Assembly (NCBI GenBank): GCA_965223415.1 | Contig: OZ245002.1 | Span: forward strand, 3,328,001 to 3,392,000 | Origin: Myxococcota bacterium | GTDB lineage: Bacteria; Myxococcota_A; UBA9160; UBA6930 | Reading direction: 5' to 3' | Length of the DNA stretch: 64,000 nt | In this document: one piece after another, positions 33,675 to 42,334 of the stretch | Position numbering within the stretch: the first letter of the stretch is position 1 | How the letters are laid out: every line of letters starts with the position of its first letter | The notes under the pieces: model-generated | Databases searched by the model: none | What the model was told of the DNA's origin: nothing | Seen by the model: the letters and a program-made list of their open reading frames with translations, nothing else | Program-made: the position numbers and the translations under genes

Positions 33675-34823
33675 ATGAGGTTTGCTGTCATCCGGCGCAA
33701 GCTCGGCAAGGTGGATCGGGCGCTGGACAAGGCCATCGACGGCGCGGACATGCCCGGCGCCGTCGTCCTGGCGAGCATGCGCCGCGAGGGCGAGCTGCTG
33801 GAGCACGCCTCCGTCCGCGGCCTGGCGGTGGCCCGGCCCGAGCGCATCCCGATGGCGCGAGAGACCATCTTCGACCTGGCCTCGCTCACGAAGGTGATGG
33901 CGACGACCACGGTGCTCCTCGGACTCGTCCACGAGGGCCGCCTCGGCCTGGACGATCCGGTCGCCAAGCACCTGCCCCACTTCCACGAGCGGGACAAGGA
34001 AGGGGTGACGATCCGCCACCTGCTCACCCACTCGTCCGGCCTCAAGCCCTGGCGCGCCTTCCACGAGGCGCTGCTCGAGCGGGAGCGCAAGAAGGGCCAG
34101 GAGATCATCGGCACCCCCGAGGCGAAGGCCTGGGTGATCGAGAGCATTTGTCGCTCGGCCCTGGTGCACGAGCCGGGCACGGCCGCCGTCTACGGCGATC
34201 TCGACATGATCGTGCTCGGCGCGGTGATCGAGGCGGTCGCGGGCCAGGCCCTCGATGCGGTGTGCGACGAGCGGGTCTTCCGCCCGCTCGGCCTGAAGCA
34301 CACCGGCTTCGTCCCCCTCGCCCAGGCCGAGGCGCCGGACGCGGTTCGCCGGGGCTTCGCCGCCACCGAGAACTGCTCCTGGCGCGGGCGCATCCTGTGG
34401 GGGGAGGTCCACGACCCCAACGCCTCGGTGATGGGAGGCGTGGCCGGCCACGCAGGGCTCTTCGCGCCGGCGGACGACGTGCTGCGCTTCGGTCAGACCG
34501 TGCTGGACGTCTGGCACGGGCGCAGCGAGGCGCTGCCGCGCGAGACGCTCCAGACCTTCCTCACCCGCCAGAACCTGCCGGAGAACTCGGGCTGGGCCCT
34601 GGGCTGGGACACGCCGAGCGAGGGCGCCTCGTCGGCGGGCGGCCACTTCTCCCTCAGCTCCGTCGGACATCTGGGCTTCACCGGCACCTCGCTGTGGATC
34701 GACCTCGAGGCCGACTGCGTGATCGTGATGCTGACCAACCGCGTGCACCTGGTGGCGAAGAAGAGCAAGTTCACGCTGCGCGCTGAGATCCACGACCTCA
34801 TCCGGGACGCCTTCGTCGCCTGA
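33675..34823 (+). CDS. Serine hydrolase, beta-lactamase/PBP-like (AmiE/YbbE-like, peptidoglycan recycling)
   Basis: FDLASLTK (SxxK), LLTHSSGL, YGD, GEVHDPNA, AGHAGLF, GHLGFTGTS.WID; sits between ldcA and mpl. Confidence 0.82.
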   Translation: MRFAVIRRKLGKVDRALDKAIDGADMPGAVVLASMRREGELLEHASVRGLAVARPERIPMARETIFDLASLTKVMATTTVLLGLVHEGRLGLDDPVAKHLPHFHERDKEGVTIRHLLTHSSGLKPWRAFHEALLERERKKGQEIIGTPEAKAWVIESICRSALVHEPGTAAVYGDLDMIVLGAVIEAVAGQALDAVCDERVFRPLGLKHTGFVPLAQAEAPDAVRRGFAATENCSWRGRILWGEVHDPNASVMGGVAGHAGLFAPADDVLRFGQTVLDVWHGRSEALPRETLQTFLTRQNLPENSGWALGWDTPSEGASSAGGHFSLSSVGHLGFTGTSLWIDLEADCVIVMLTNRVHLVAKKSKFTLRAEIHDLIRDAFVA

Positions 34824-34841
34824 GCCGGAGGGACGCCTCCC

Positions 34842-36266
34842 TTGCACGTCCACTTCGTTGCTATCGCCGGCACCGGCATGGGCTCCCTCGCGGGCCTGCT
34901 CAAGGGCCGGGGCTGGGAGGTGACCGGCTCCGACGAGGGCGTGTACCCGCCCATGAGCACAGCCCTCGAGGGCTGGGGAATTCCGGTGCGGCAGGGCTTC
35001 GATCCGGCCCATGTCCGCGAACGGCGGCCGGACCTCGTCGTGATCGGCAACGCCGTGCGGCCCGACAACCCGGAGGCCCGGGCCGCCCTGGACGACGGCC
35101 TCCCGGTGCTCTCGTTCCCCGACGCCCTCTACGAGCACGCCATCCGCGGTCGCCACTCGGTGGTCGTGACCGGAACCCACGGGAAGACGACGACCACGAG
35201 CCTCATCGCGACCCTGCTCTACGAGGTCGGGCGCGATCCCTCGATGCTCGTCGGCGGTCTCACGGCGAACTTCGACGGCAGCTTCCGGGAGGGGAGCGGC
35301 CCGGAATTCGTCGTCGAGGGCGACGAGTACGACACGGTCTTCTTCGACAAGACGCCGAAGTTCCTGCACTACCACCCGGACACCCTCGTCATCACGTCGA
35401 TCGAGTTCGACCACGCCGACATCTACCGGGACCTGGCGCACATCCAGGAGCAGTTCCGCACCCTGGTGTCGCGGATGCCCGCCGGGGGGACGATCGTGGC
35501 GGCGGCGGATTCGCCGACCGTCGCAGCGGTGCTGGACGCGGCACCGTGTCGGGTCGTCACCTACGGCGTGGAGGACGGTGCCCCCAGCGCCGGCGACCTG
35601 GTCGCCACCGCCCTCGCGACCGACGCGGACGGCGTCGTCTTCGACGTGCGGCGCGGCGGCGAGGTGATCGCCCGCCCGCGCCTCGGGCTCGTGGGGAGCC
35701 ACAACGTGGCCAACGCCCTGGCCGGGCTGCTGGCCGTCGAGGCGACGGGCGTCGGCCTTGCCGAGGCGGCCGCCGTCCTCGAGCGCTACCGGGGCGTGAA
35801 GCGCCGCCAGGAGGTGCGCGGCGAAGCCGGCGGCGTGCTCGTGATCGACGACTTCGCCCATCACCCCACCGCGGTGCGCGGAACCGTCGAAGCCCTGGCG
35901 GCGCGCTACGCGGGCCGCCGGATCGTCGCCGTCTTCGAGCCCCGCTCGAACACCAGCCGCCGGGCGCTCTTCCAGGAGGACTACGCGCGCTCCTTCGACG
36001 CCGCGGCTCACGTGGTCGTGGCCGAAGTTGACGCGGACCCGATCTACAGCGCCACCGGAGAGGTCACCGAGCGTCTCTCCGCCCGCCGGCTCGCCGACGA
36101 TCTCGTTGCGCGGGGCATCGCTGCCGTGGCCCGCGAGGACGTCGACGCGATCGTCGCGCACCTGGCCCGCGAGCTCGTTCCCGGCGACGTCGTCGTCACC
36201 CTCTCCAACGGCGGCTTCGGAGGCATCTGGGACAAGCTCCTGGCCCGGCTCGGCGAGCCTTCCTAG
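34842..36266 (+). CDS. mpl: UDP-MurNAc:L-Ala-gamma-D-Glu-meso-DAP ligase (murein peptide ligase)
   Basis: HFVAIAGTGMGSLA, GSD..VYPPMS, GTHGKTTT, EGDEYD..FFDK.PKF, EFDHADI, DDFAHHPTA, FEPRSNT, SNGGFGG. Confidence 0.9.
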   Translation: MHVHFVAIAGTGMGSLAGLLKGRGWEVTGSDEGVYPPMSTALEGWGIPVRQGFDPAHVRERRPDLVVIGNAVRPDNPEARAALDDGLPVLSFPDALYEHAIRGRHSVVVTGTHGKTTTTSLIATLLYEVGRDPSMLVGGLTANFDGSFREGSGPEFVVEGDEYDTVFFDKTPKFLHYHPDTLVITSIEFDHADIYRDLAHIQEQFRTLVSRMPAGGTIVAAADSPTVAAVLDAAPCRVVTYGVEDGAPSAGDLVATALATDADGVVFDVRRGGEVIARPRLGLVGSHNVANALAGLLAVEATGVGLAEAAAVLERYRGVKRRQEVRGEAGGVLVIDDFAHHPTAVRGTVEALAARYAGRRIVAVFEPRSNTSRRALFQEDYARSFDAAAHVVVAEVDADPIYSATGEVTERLSARRLADDLVARGIAAVAREDVDAIVAHLARELVPGDVVVTLSNGGFGGIWDKLLARLGEPS

Positions 36267-36278
36267 AGCCTCCGCTCG

Positions 36279-38108
36279 CTATACCGGCAGCCCGACGCTC
36301 CGCATCAGCTCGATCGCGTTGCTCTTCGTCACCACGCCCTTGCGCATGCGGTAGTCGAACGCGATCTGGCCCTCCTCGAGCTGGTCCTCGAAGTGCACGT
36401 TCAGGGCGGTGCGCAGCGCTTCGGCCACGCGGGTGAGCGCCAGGTCGTGGGTCGTCACGAGGCCCACGGCGCCGCGCTCGGCCAGGGCCTTCACGATCGC
36501 TTCCGCGCCGATGCCGCGATCGTGGGAGTTGGTGCCGTGGAAGATCTCGTCGAGCAGGAAGAGCAGGGGGAGGTCGCCTTCGGCCAGCTCGACGACCTGG
36601 CGGACGCGCTTGATCTCCGCGTAGAAATGGGAGGTGCCCTCCTGGAGCGAGTCGACGACGTGGAGCGACGCGCCGATCGCGAGGGGCGAGAGGCGCATGG
36701 CCTCCGCACAGACCGGAGCCCCGGCCTGGGCGAGCACGGCGGCGACGCCCACGCTCCGCAGGAGCGTGCTCTTGCCCGACATGTTGGAGCCCGAGACGAT
36801 CAGGACCTGTCGGGTCTCGTCGAGGCGCACGTCGTTGCGCACGCACACGTCGGCGGGGATCAGCGGGTGTCCGAGTCCGCGCGCCTGGAAGCGCGGCGAG
36901 TCCTCGGCGAAGGCGGGGAAGGTGTGGTCCAGGTTCTCGTAGGCGGTGCTGGCCACGGAGACGAGGGCCTCGAACTCGGAGACGGCGTCGATCCAGTCGC
37001 CCAGGTTGGGGCCGCAGGCCGCGCGCCAGCGCTCGATCGTGAGGGCCAGCTGGCTGGTCCAGAGCACGAGGGCGCCGAAGGGCGCGAAGAACATGTTGCG
37101 ACGGGCGTCGAGCAGCTCGACCCAACGACGGAGGCGGGCGATCTGCACGGACGGGGGGAGCCCCTCGGTCTCCACGGCCATGCGCAGGGCGACCAGGCGC
37201 GGCGAGTGGGCCGGCTCGCGCTCGAAGCGCTCGAGGAGCCGGGCCAGGAGGTCGAGGTCGCGCGTCGGCCCCTCGACGGCGGAGACGATGGCGCTGACCC
37301 GGCGACGGAGGCGCCAGGCGAAGGCTCCCTGGGCGGCGCCGGCCACGGCGAAGGCCATCGGTCCCACGGGCCCCAGGGCACCGAGCAGCCAAGCGACGAG
37401 GGAGCCCACGGTGAAGGTGGCCAGCGCCCCGGCCACCAGGTGCTGGCTCCTGCCGAAGCCGACCGGCGGCGCCTCGCCCCAGCGGCGCAGGGCGCTCGGA
37501 TGCAGGCCCGAGCGCACGTCGTCGCCCAGCAGGCACAGCTCTTCCCGCAGGCCGAGGCGATCGCGTAGCTCCTGGGCGGCCTGCTGCCGGGCCAGGGCCA
37601 CCTCCGGCGGCGCCGGCGCCAGGAGCCAACCGGCCAGCACGTCCTCTCCGCCGCGGGTGCGGGCCAGGCACATGCGCTCGAAGAGGGAGCCTTCGCCGAA
37701 GAGGTCGAGGTCGCGGGCGTAAGGGTGCCCTTCGGGCTCGTGCTCGCTGCCGCTGGTTCCGGTGCCGGCGAAGCGGTGCTCGAGGCGCGCGAGGCCGCGC
37801 TCGTAGAAGGCCCGGGCGCGCTCGGCCCGCTCGCGCGCGCGGATCACCCGGTCGTGCCAGACGAGGAGCGCGATGAACGCCAGCGCGGGCACGGCGAGCC
37901 AGCCTGCGGCCAACGCGTCGGCACCGAACACGGCGAAGAGCAGGGCGACGCCGGCCGCGAAGGCGGCGAGCCGCGCCTGCTGGAGCCGCGCGTCGAGGAC
38001 GGACCAGCGGTCGGCCTCGCGCCCGCGATCGGCCAGACGGGCGGCGTAGACCGACGCCGGGCTCCCGGTCCGGTCCGTCGCATCGGGGGATGTCGGGTAT
38101 TCGCTCAC
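36279..38108 (-). CDS. Membrane-anchored MutS-related ATPase (domain V only)
   Basis: N-terminal TM pair, HPYA.DLDLFG, SGSNMSGKST, DSL..G.SHFYAE, LDEIFHGTNS, TTHDL; no mismatch-recognition domain. Confidence 0.85.
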   Translation of the reverse strand: MSEYPTSPDATDRTGSPASVYAARLADRGREADRWSVLDARLQQARLAAFAAGVALLFAVFGADALAAGWLAVPALAFIALLVWHDRVIRARERAERARAFYERGLARLEHRFAGTGTSGSEHEPEGHPYARDLDLFGEGSLFERMCLARTRGGEDVLAGWLLAPAPPEVALARQQAAQELRDRLGLREELCLLGDDVRSGLHPSALRRWGEAPPVGFGRSQHLVAGALATFTVGSLVAWLLGALGPVGPMAFAVAGAAQGAFAWRLRRRVSAIVSAVEGPTRDLDLLARLLERFEREPAHSPRLVALRMAVETEGLPPSVQIARLRRWVELLDARRNMFFAPFGALVLWTSQLALTIERWRAACGPNLGDWIDAVSEFEALVSVASTAYENLDHTFPAFAEDSPRFQARGLGHPLIPADVCVRNDVRLDETRQVLIVSGSNMSGKSTLLRSVGVAAVLAQAGAPVCAEAMRLSPLAIGASLHVVDSLQEGTSHFYAEIKRVRQVVELAEGDLPLLFLLDEIFHGTNSHDRGIGAEAIVKALAERGAVGLVTTHDLALTRVAEALRTALNVHFEDQLEEGQIAFDYRMRKGVVTKSNAIELMRSVGLPV

Positions 38109-38908
38109 GGTGGCACCGGCAGGCCGAGGAGCCGGGCGCCTCCGCCCGGCGCGAAGGAGGCGCGGATCGCGTCGGCGACGAAGCGTCGCGCGTCGGCCAC
38201 GGCCTCGCGGAGGGGCAGGTCCCGGGCGAGCAGGGCGGTGATCGTCGCGGCCAGGGCGCAGCCCGTCCCGTGCACCGCGCCCACGTCGATGCGCTCGCCG
38301 GGAAGCCACTCGACCTGGACGGCGTCGCCCTCGCGGAAGGCCAGCACGTCGTCCGGAGCGCCCTCGGCGTGGCCGCCCTTCACCAGGGCGGCGCCTGCAC
38401 CCAGCTCCTCGACGAACGCCCGGGCCGCTGCCTCAGCACCGCCTCGTCCGCCGACGTCGTGGCCGAGCAGCGCCTCGGCCTCCGGGCGGTTCGGCGTCAC
38501 CAGGGCCGCACGCGGGAAGAGCTCCACGAGCGCACCCCAGGCCCGGCGCTCGAGCAGCGGCGTGCCGTCGCTGGCCATCAGCACCGGGTCGATCACGACC
38601 GGTACCGCGGTCGGCAGGACGTCCAGGGCCAGGGCGACGGCGCGCACCACGTCGTCGCTGGCGAGCATGCCCAGCTTGAGCGCGTGGGGCGGCAGATCCC
38701 GGAGCAGCACCCGAAGCTGGTCGAGCATCACCGAGGGGAAGGTCGGCAGCACCCGATGGACCTTGGCGGTGTCCTGGATGGTGAGGGCGGTCGGCACGCC
38801 GGAGCCGTGGACGCCGAGACTGCGGAAGACCTGGAGATCGAGCTGGAGCCCGGCACCCCCGGTGGGATCCGAGCCGGCCACCGAGCATGCGATCCTCCGG
38901 GCGGTCAT
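38105..38908 (-). CDS. thiD: Hydroxymethylpyrimidine/phosphomethylpyrimidine kinase
   Basis: AGSDPTGGAGLQ.D, TALT.Q, KLGML, DPVL, TPN..EA, KGGH, HGTGC. Confidence 0.92.
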   Translation of the reverse strand: MTARRIACSVAGSDPTGGAGLQLDLQVFRSLGVHGSGVPTALTIQDTAKVHRVLPTFPSVMLDQLRVLLRDLPPHALKLGMLASDDVVRAVALALDVLPTAVPVVIDPVLMASDGTPLLERRAWGALVELFPRAALVTPNRPEAEALLGHDVGGRGGAEAAARAFVEELGAGAALVKGGHAEGAPDDVLAFREGDAVQVEWLPGERIDVGAVHGTGCALAATITALLARDLPLREAVADARRFVADAIRASFAPGGGARLLGLPVPP

Positions 38909-38946
38909 GGGCGGGGAGGGTAATGAACGGTAAGCTCGGCGCCCCG

Positions 38947-39615
38947 ATGCGGCGCGCGACACGAATCAGCGGGATCGTCCTCGGTCTGCTGCTGGCCGCG
39001 GCGGCGGCCGCAGCCCAGGGCAGCTGGTACGCCGAGAAGTACCGGGCCGGCGACGTGCCGGTCAGCGTCGAGCAGCTCTGGTCCCGCGGGCCGCTCTTCC
39101 GCTCGGAAACAGTGATCAACGGCCACCCGATCGTGAACCTGGTCGTGGGCGACCGCTACGTCATCATCGATCGGCTCACCGGGAAGGGCGTGAGCATCGT
39201 CCGCCATCCGAAGGCGGTGCGGGAGGCGGAAGCGGGCCGCCGTCCCTTCGGCAACGAGCTCACGGAGCTGACCCGGGCCGGCGGCGAGTTCGTGCGTCAG
39301 GAGGACTTCGCCGGCAACCGGTGCGACCTCTATCGCCTTACGAGCCACGAGGGGCGCCGCGAGGTCTGTGCTACGACGGACGACGAGAAGCTGCCGGTGC
39401 TCACGCGGGTCTGGATGCGGCGCACGCAGCGCCAGGCCGAGAGCCGCTACGTCAACTGGACCCGCCAGGTCGACGTTCCCGAGAGCTTCTTCGCGCCCGA
39501 TCCCCGCATCCCGCTCCAGGAGATCACCTACCAGGAGTACGTCGACCGCGCCCCGAAGGACCTGGAGCTCCCCGCTCCGCCCCTGTACCACGATCTCCTC
39601 CACGGAACCCGCTGA
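38947..39615 (+). CDS. Secreted hypothetical protein (possibly LolA-like beta fold)
   Basis: Ala-rich signal peptide; beta-rich body ending in VDVPESFFAP; typical codon usage. Confidence 0.65.
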   Translation: MRRATRISGIVLGLLLAAAAAAAQGSWYAEKYRAGDVPVSVEQLWSRGPLFRSETVINGHPIVNLVVGDRYVIIDRLTGKGVSIVRHPKAVREAEAGRRPFGNELTELTRAGGEFVRQEDFAGNRCDLYRLTSHEGRREVCATTDDEKLPVLTRVWMRRTQRQAESRYVNWTRQVDVPESFFAPDPRIPLQEITYQEYVDRAPKDLELPAPPLYHDLLHGTR

Positions 39616-39632
39616 ACGCGACGGGTGGAAGC

Positions 39633-40742
39633 TCAGCTGACCCAGGTGATGTTGGCGTCGGCGACGGCGGGGGAGCGGGCGGCGAGGATGGCGAGCTTGC
39701 GGGCGACGTTGCCGGCGAGGGTGCGGAAGGCCAGGGCGGCGTCGCTATCCGGGGCGTGGAGCACGATCGGGCGGCCCTGGTCGCCGCCCTCGACGACCTG
39801 CGGGTCGATCGGCACCTCGCCCAGGAAGTCGACGCCGAGCTCGTCGGCCACGCGCTTTGCGCCGTCCTGGCCGAAGATGTGGTACTTGCGGTCCGGCAGG
39901 TCCGGCGGCACGAAGTAGGCCATGTTCTCGACGATGCCGAGCACCGGCACGTCCACCTTCTCGAACATGCTGAGGCCCTTGCGGGCATCGATCACCGAGA
40001 GGTCGTTGGCCGTCGTCACGATCACGGCGCCCGAGAGCGGCGCCTGCTGGGTGAGGGTGAGGGCGGCGTCGCCGGTGCCGGGCGGCAGGTCGATCACCAG
40101 GTAGTCGAGCTCGCCCCAGTCCACGTCGACCAGGAACTGGCGGATCAGCCCGTGCACCATCGGGCCGCGCCAGATGACCGGCGAGCTTTCGGTGATGAAG
40201 AAGCCCATCGACATGAGCTTGAGGCCCATCGCTTCGAGCGGGAGGATCTTGGTCTCCTCCCCGTCCTTCACGGTCTCCGGGCGCTCGTTCACGCCGGTGA
40301 GCAGGGGGAGCGAAGGGCCGTAGACGTCGGCGTCCAACAGCCCGACGGTCGCACCGCTCTCGCGAAGGGCCAGGGCGAGGTTCACCGCCGTCGTGCTCTT
40401 GCCGACGCCGCCCTTGCCCGACGCCACCGCGATGGTGTTGCGGACGCCGGGCAGGACCGGCCCGCCCTGGGGCGCGGGGCCGCTGCGCCCGCGGGTGTTC
40501 GCGGTCATCGTGACGTCCGCCCGCTCCACGCCCGCCAGCGCCTCCACCCGCTCCGTCGCCTGGCGCTGGAACTCCTCCTTCACCGGGCAGGCCGGCGTCG
40601 TCAGCTCGATCTGGAAGGCGACCACGCCGCCCTCGATCCGCACGTCCTTCACGAAGCCGAGGTCGACGATGCTCTTGCCGAAGTCCGGGTCCACGATCGG
40701 GCGCAGGGCCTCGATCACGGCGCCCTCGGTGAGCGTGCTCAT
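39633..40742 (-). CDS. mrp: Mrp/ApbC/NBP35 Fe-S cluster carrier ATPase
   Basis: N-terminal FeS-assembly domain (DPD....IVDLG, LTTPACP), ASGKGGVGKST, DADVYGPS, WRGPM, DLPPGTGD, ENM. Confidence 0.93.
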   Translation of the reverse strand: MSTLTEGAVIEALRPIVDPDFGKSIVDLGFVKDVRIEGGVVAFQIELTTPACPVKEEFQRQATERVEALAGVERADVTMTANTRGRSGPAPQGGPVLPGVRNTIAVASGKGGVGKSTTAVNLALALRESGATVGLLDADVYGPSLPLLTGVNERPETVKDGEETKILPLEAMGLKLMSMGFFITESSPVIWRGPMVHGLIRQFLVDVDWGELDYLVIDLPPGTGDAALTLTQQAPLSGAVIVTTANDLSVIDARKGLSMFEKVDVPVLGIVENMAYFVPPDLPDRKYHIFGQDGAKRVADELGVDFLGEVPIDPQVVEGGDQGRPIVLHAPDSDAALAFRTLAGNVARKLAILAARSPAVADANITWVS

Positions 40743-41206
40743 GAGATCTCCAGTGCCTGGGAGGGGCCGCTGCCGAGCCACTGCGCCATGTCCGGCTCGC
40801 GGCGGCGCAGGTCTTCGAGGGTGATGGTGGTGAGCACGCCGCGCACCGCCTGGTCCACGCTCCGCCACAGGGCCCGCAGGGCGCAATCGGTGCCCCGCAC
40901 GCAGTGGGGCTCCTGGCCGGGATGGCAGGCGCAGAAGCTCTCGGGGAAGAGCGCGCCACCCAGCACCTGGATCGCGTCCCACGCCGTGATCTGGCCGGCC
41001 GGCCGCGCCAGCCGATAGCCGCCGGAGGCGCCGCGGGTGCTCGAGACCAGGCCCCCGCGCCGCAGCGCCCGCAGCAGCTTTGCGGCGTAGTCCGCCGACA
41101 GGCCCTCGGCTCGGGCGATCTCGTGGATCGTCAGCCGCGCTCCCTCGTGCCGCGAGAGCTCGATCAGACAGCGGAGGCCGTACTCCTCCTGGGCCAGGAG
41201 CTGCAT
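40739..41206 (-). CDS. Rrf2-family transcriptional regulator (Cys-containing)
   Basis: EYGLRCL, EIA..EGLS..YAAK.L..LRR.GLV.STRG..GGY.LARP...IT, Cys cluster CAC..C..C, LW. Confidence 0.9.
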   Translation of the reverse strand: MQLLAQEEYGLRCLIELSRHEGARLTIHEIARAEGLSADYAAKLLRALRRGGLVSSTRGASGGYRLARPAGQITAWDAIQVLGGALFPESFCACHPGQEPHCVRGTDCALRALWRSVDQAVRGVLTTITLEDLRRREPDMAQWLGSGPSQALEIS

Positions 41207-41224
41207 GGGGCGCACAGGCTCGGC

Positions 41225-41248
41225 AATCCGGACGGATCTGTCAAGATT
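41225..41248 (-). promoter_or_regulatory. Candidate Rrf2 operator overlapping a TTGACA -35
   Basis: Minus strand AATCTTGAC-AGATCC-GTCCGGATT, imperfect palindrome (7/9) containing TTGACA, about 20-40 bp upstream of the Rrf2 ATG. Confidence 0.55.
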
Positions 41249-41308
41249 CCTGCTTGCCCCGGGCCGGTGGGTCCGCGAGAGTGCCGCCCGCGCCGAGGAG
41301 GGGGGAAG

Positions 41309-41602
41309 ATGGAAGCCTGGAACGACTCGTGGTTCTGGATCGTGTTCGGAACCGTCGGTCAGTCGATGTTCTTCGCGCGCTTCCTCGTCCAGTGGGTCGC
41401 GTCGGAGCGCGCCGGGCGCAGCCACGTCCCCGTCGCCTTCTGGTGGCTCAGCCTGATCGGCGCCGCCATGATGTTCGTCTACGCCATCCATCGCAAGGAG
41501 CCGATCTTCCTGATCGGCCAGGCCGTGGGCTGGTTCGTCTACTCCCGCAACCTCATCCTGCTGCGACGCACGGGGGAGGCGGACAGCCCCTCCCGGCCCT
41601 AG
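41309..41602 (+). CDS. Lipid A biosynthesis N-terminal domain (LAB_N) small membrane protein
   Basis: GQ..F..RFLVQW.ASE..GRS.VP.AFWWLSL.G....YAI.RK.P.F..GQ..G..VY.RN. Confidence 0.88.
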   Translation: MEAWNDSWFWIVFGTVGQSMFFARFLVQWVASERAGRSHVPVAFWWLSLIGAAMMFVYAIHRKEPIFLIGQAVGWFVYSRNLILLRRTGEADSPSRP

Positions 41603-41641
41603 CTTCAGGCCAGCTTCACCGCACTCTTCGAGACTTCCCCC

Positions 41642-42334
41642 ATGCTTCGCATCCTCTACGTCGAGGACGATCCCACCGCGCGCGAGTACATCCACAAGGG
41701 TCTCGCCGAGCGGGGCTACGACGTGGACGTGGCGGCCGACGGCAAGGAGGGCCTGGAGAAGGCCCTGCGCGGCCCCTTCGACCTGATGATCCTCGACGTC
41801 ATGCTTCCCGAATCCTCGGGCTTCGACATCCTGCGCGAGGTCCGCGACCGCCAGATCGACACCCCGGTCCTCTTCCTCTCGGCCCGCGGCGAGGTGGCCG
41901 ACCGCATCGAGGGGCTCAACCTCGGCGCCGACGACTACCTCGTGAAGCCCTTCGCCTTCGCCGAGCTGCTGGCGCGGATCCAGGCCGTGGCGCGGCGCAG
42001 CCTGGCGGAGCCGGACTCGGGCCAGCTGTGCATCGCTGACCTGGTGCTGGACCTGCGGCGCCACGCCGTCGAGCGCGCCGGCCAGCCGATCGAGCTCACG
42101 CCCAAGGAGTTCGCGCTCCTCGAGTACCTGATGCGCAACGAGAGCCACGCGGTCTCCCGGGCAATGATCACGGAGAAGGTCTGGGGCTACGGCTTCGACA
42201 GCTACTCGAACCTGATCGACGTACACATCAACCACCTTCGCAAGAAGCTCGATCACGACTTCGAGCCGAAGCTGATCCACACCGTGAAGGGCGTGGGCTA
42301 CGTGCTCGAGGACCGCGGCGCGGCCGACGGGTGA
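41642..42334 (+). CDS. OmpR-family response regulator (CusR/CzcR-like)
   Basis: VEDD, ILDVMLP, GLNLGADDYLVKPF.F.EL.AR, LTPKEF.LL, VWGY.FD..SN.IDVHI..LR.K, TVKGVGY. Confidence 0.93.
   Translation: MLRILYVEDDPTAREYIHKGLAERGYDVDVAADGKEGLEKALRGPFDLMILDVMLPESSGFDILREVRDRQIDTPVLFLSARGEVADRIEGLNLGADDYLVKPFAFAELLARIQAVARRSLAEPDSGQLCIADLVLDLRRHAVERAGQPIELTPKEFALLEYLMRNESHAVSRAMITEKVWGYGFDSYSNLIDVHINHLRKKLDHDFEPKLIHTVKGVGYVLEDRGAADG

Noticed and set aside
33675..34823. Antibiotic-resistance beta-lactamase
   Set aside because: YGD instead of YxN, no clear signal peptide, and peptidoglycan-recycling context.
34842..36266. murC
   Set aside because: VYPPMS, EYD..FFDK and FEPRSNT motifs plus the ldcA context fit Mpl better; not in a dcw cluster.
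36279..38108. Mismatch-repair mutS or mutS2
   Set aside because: No mismatch-binding or Smr domain; has TM segments.
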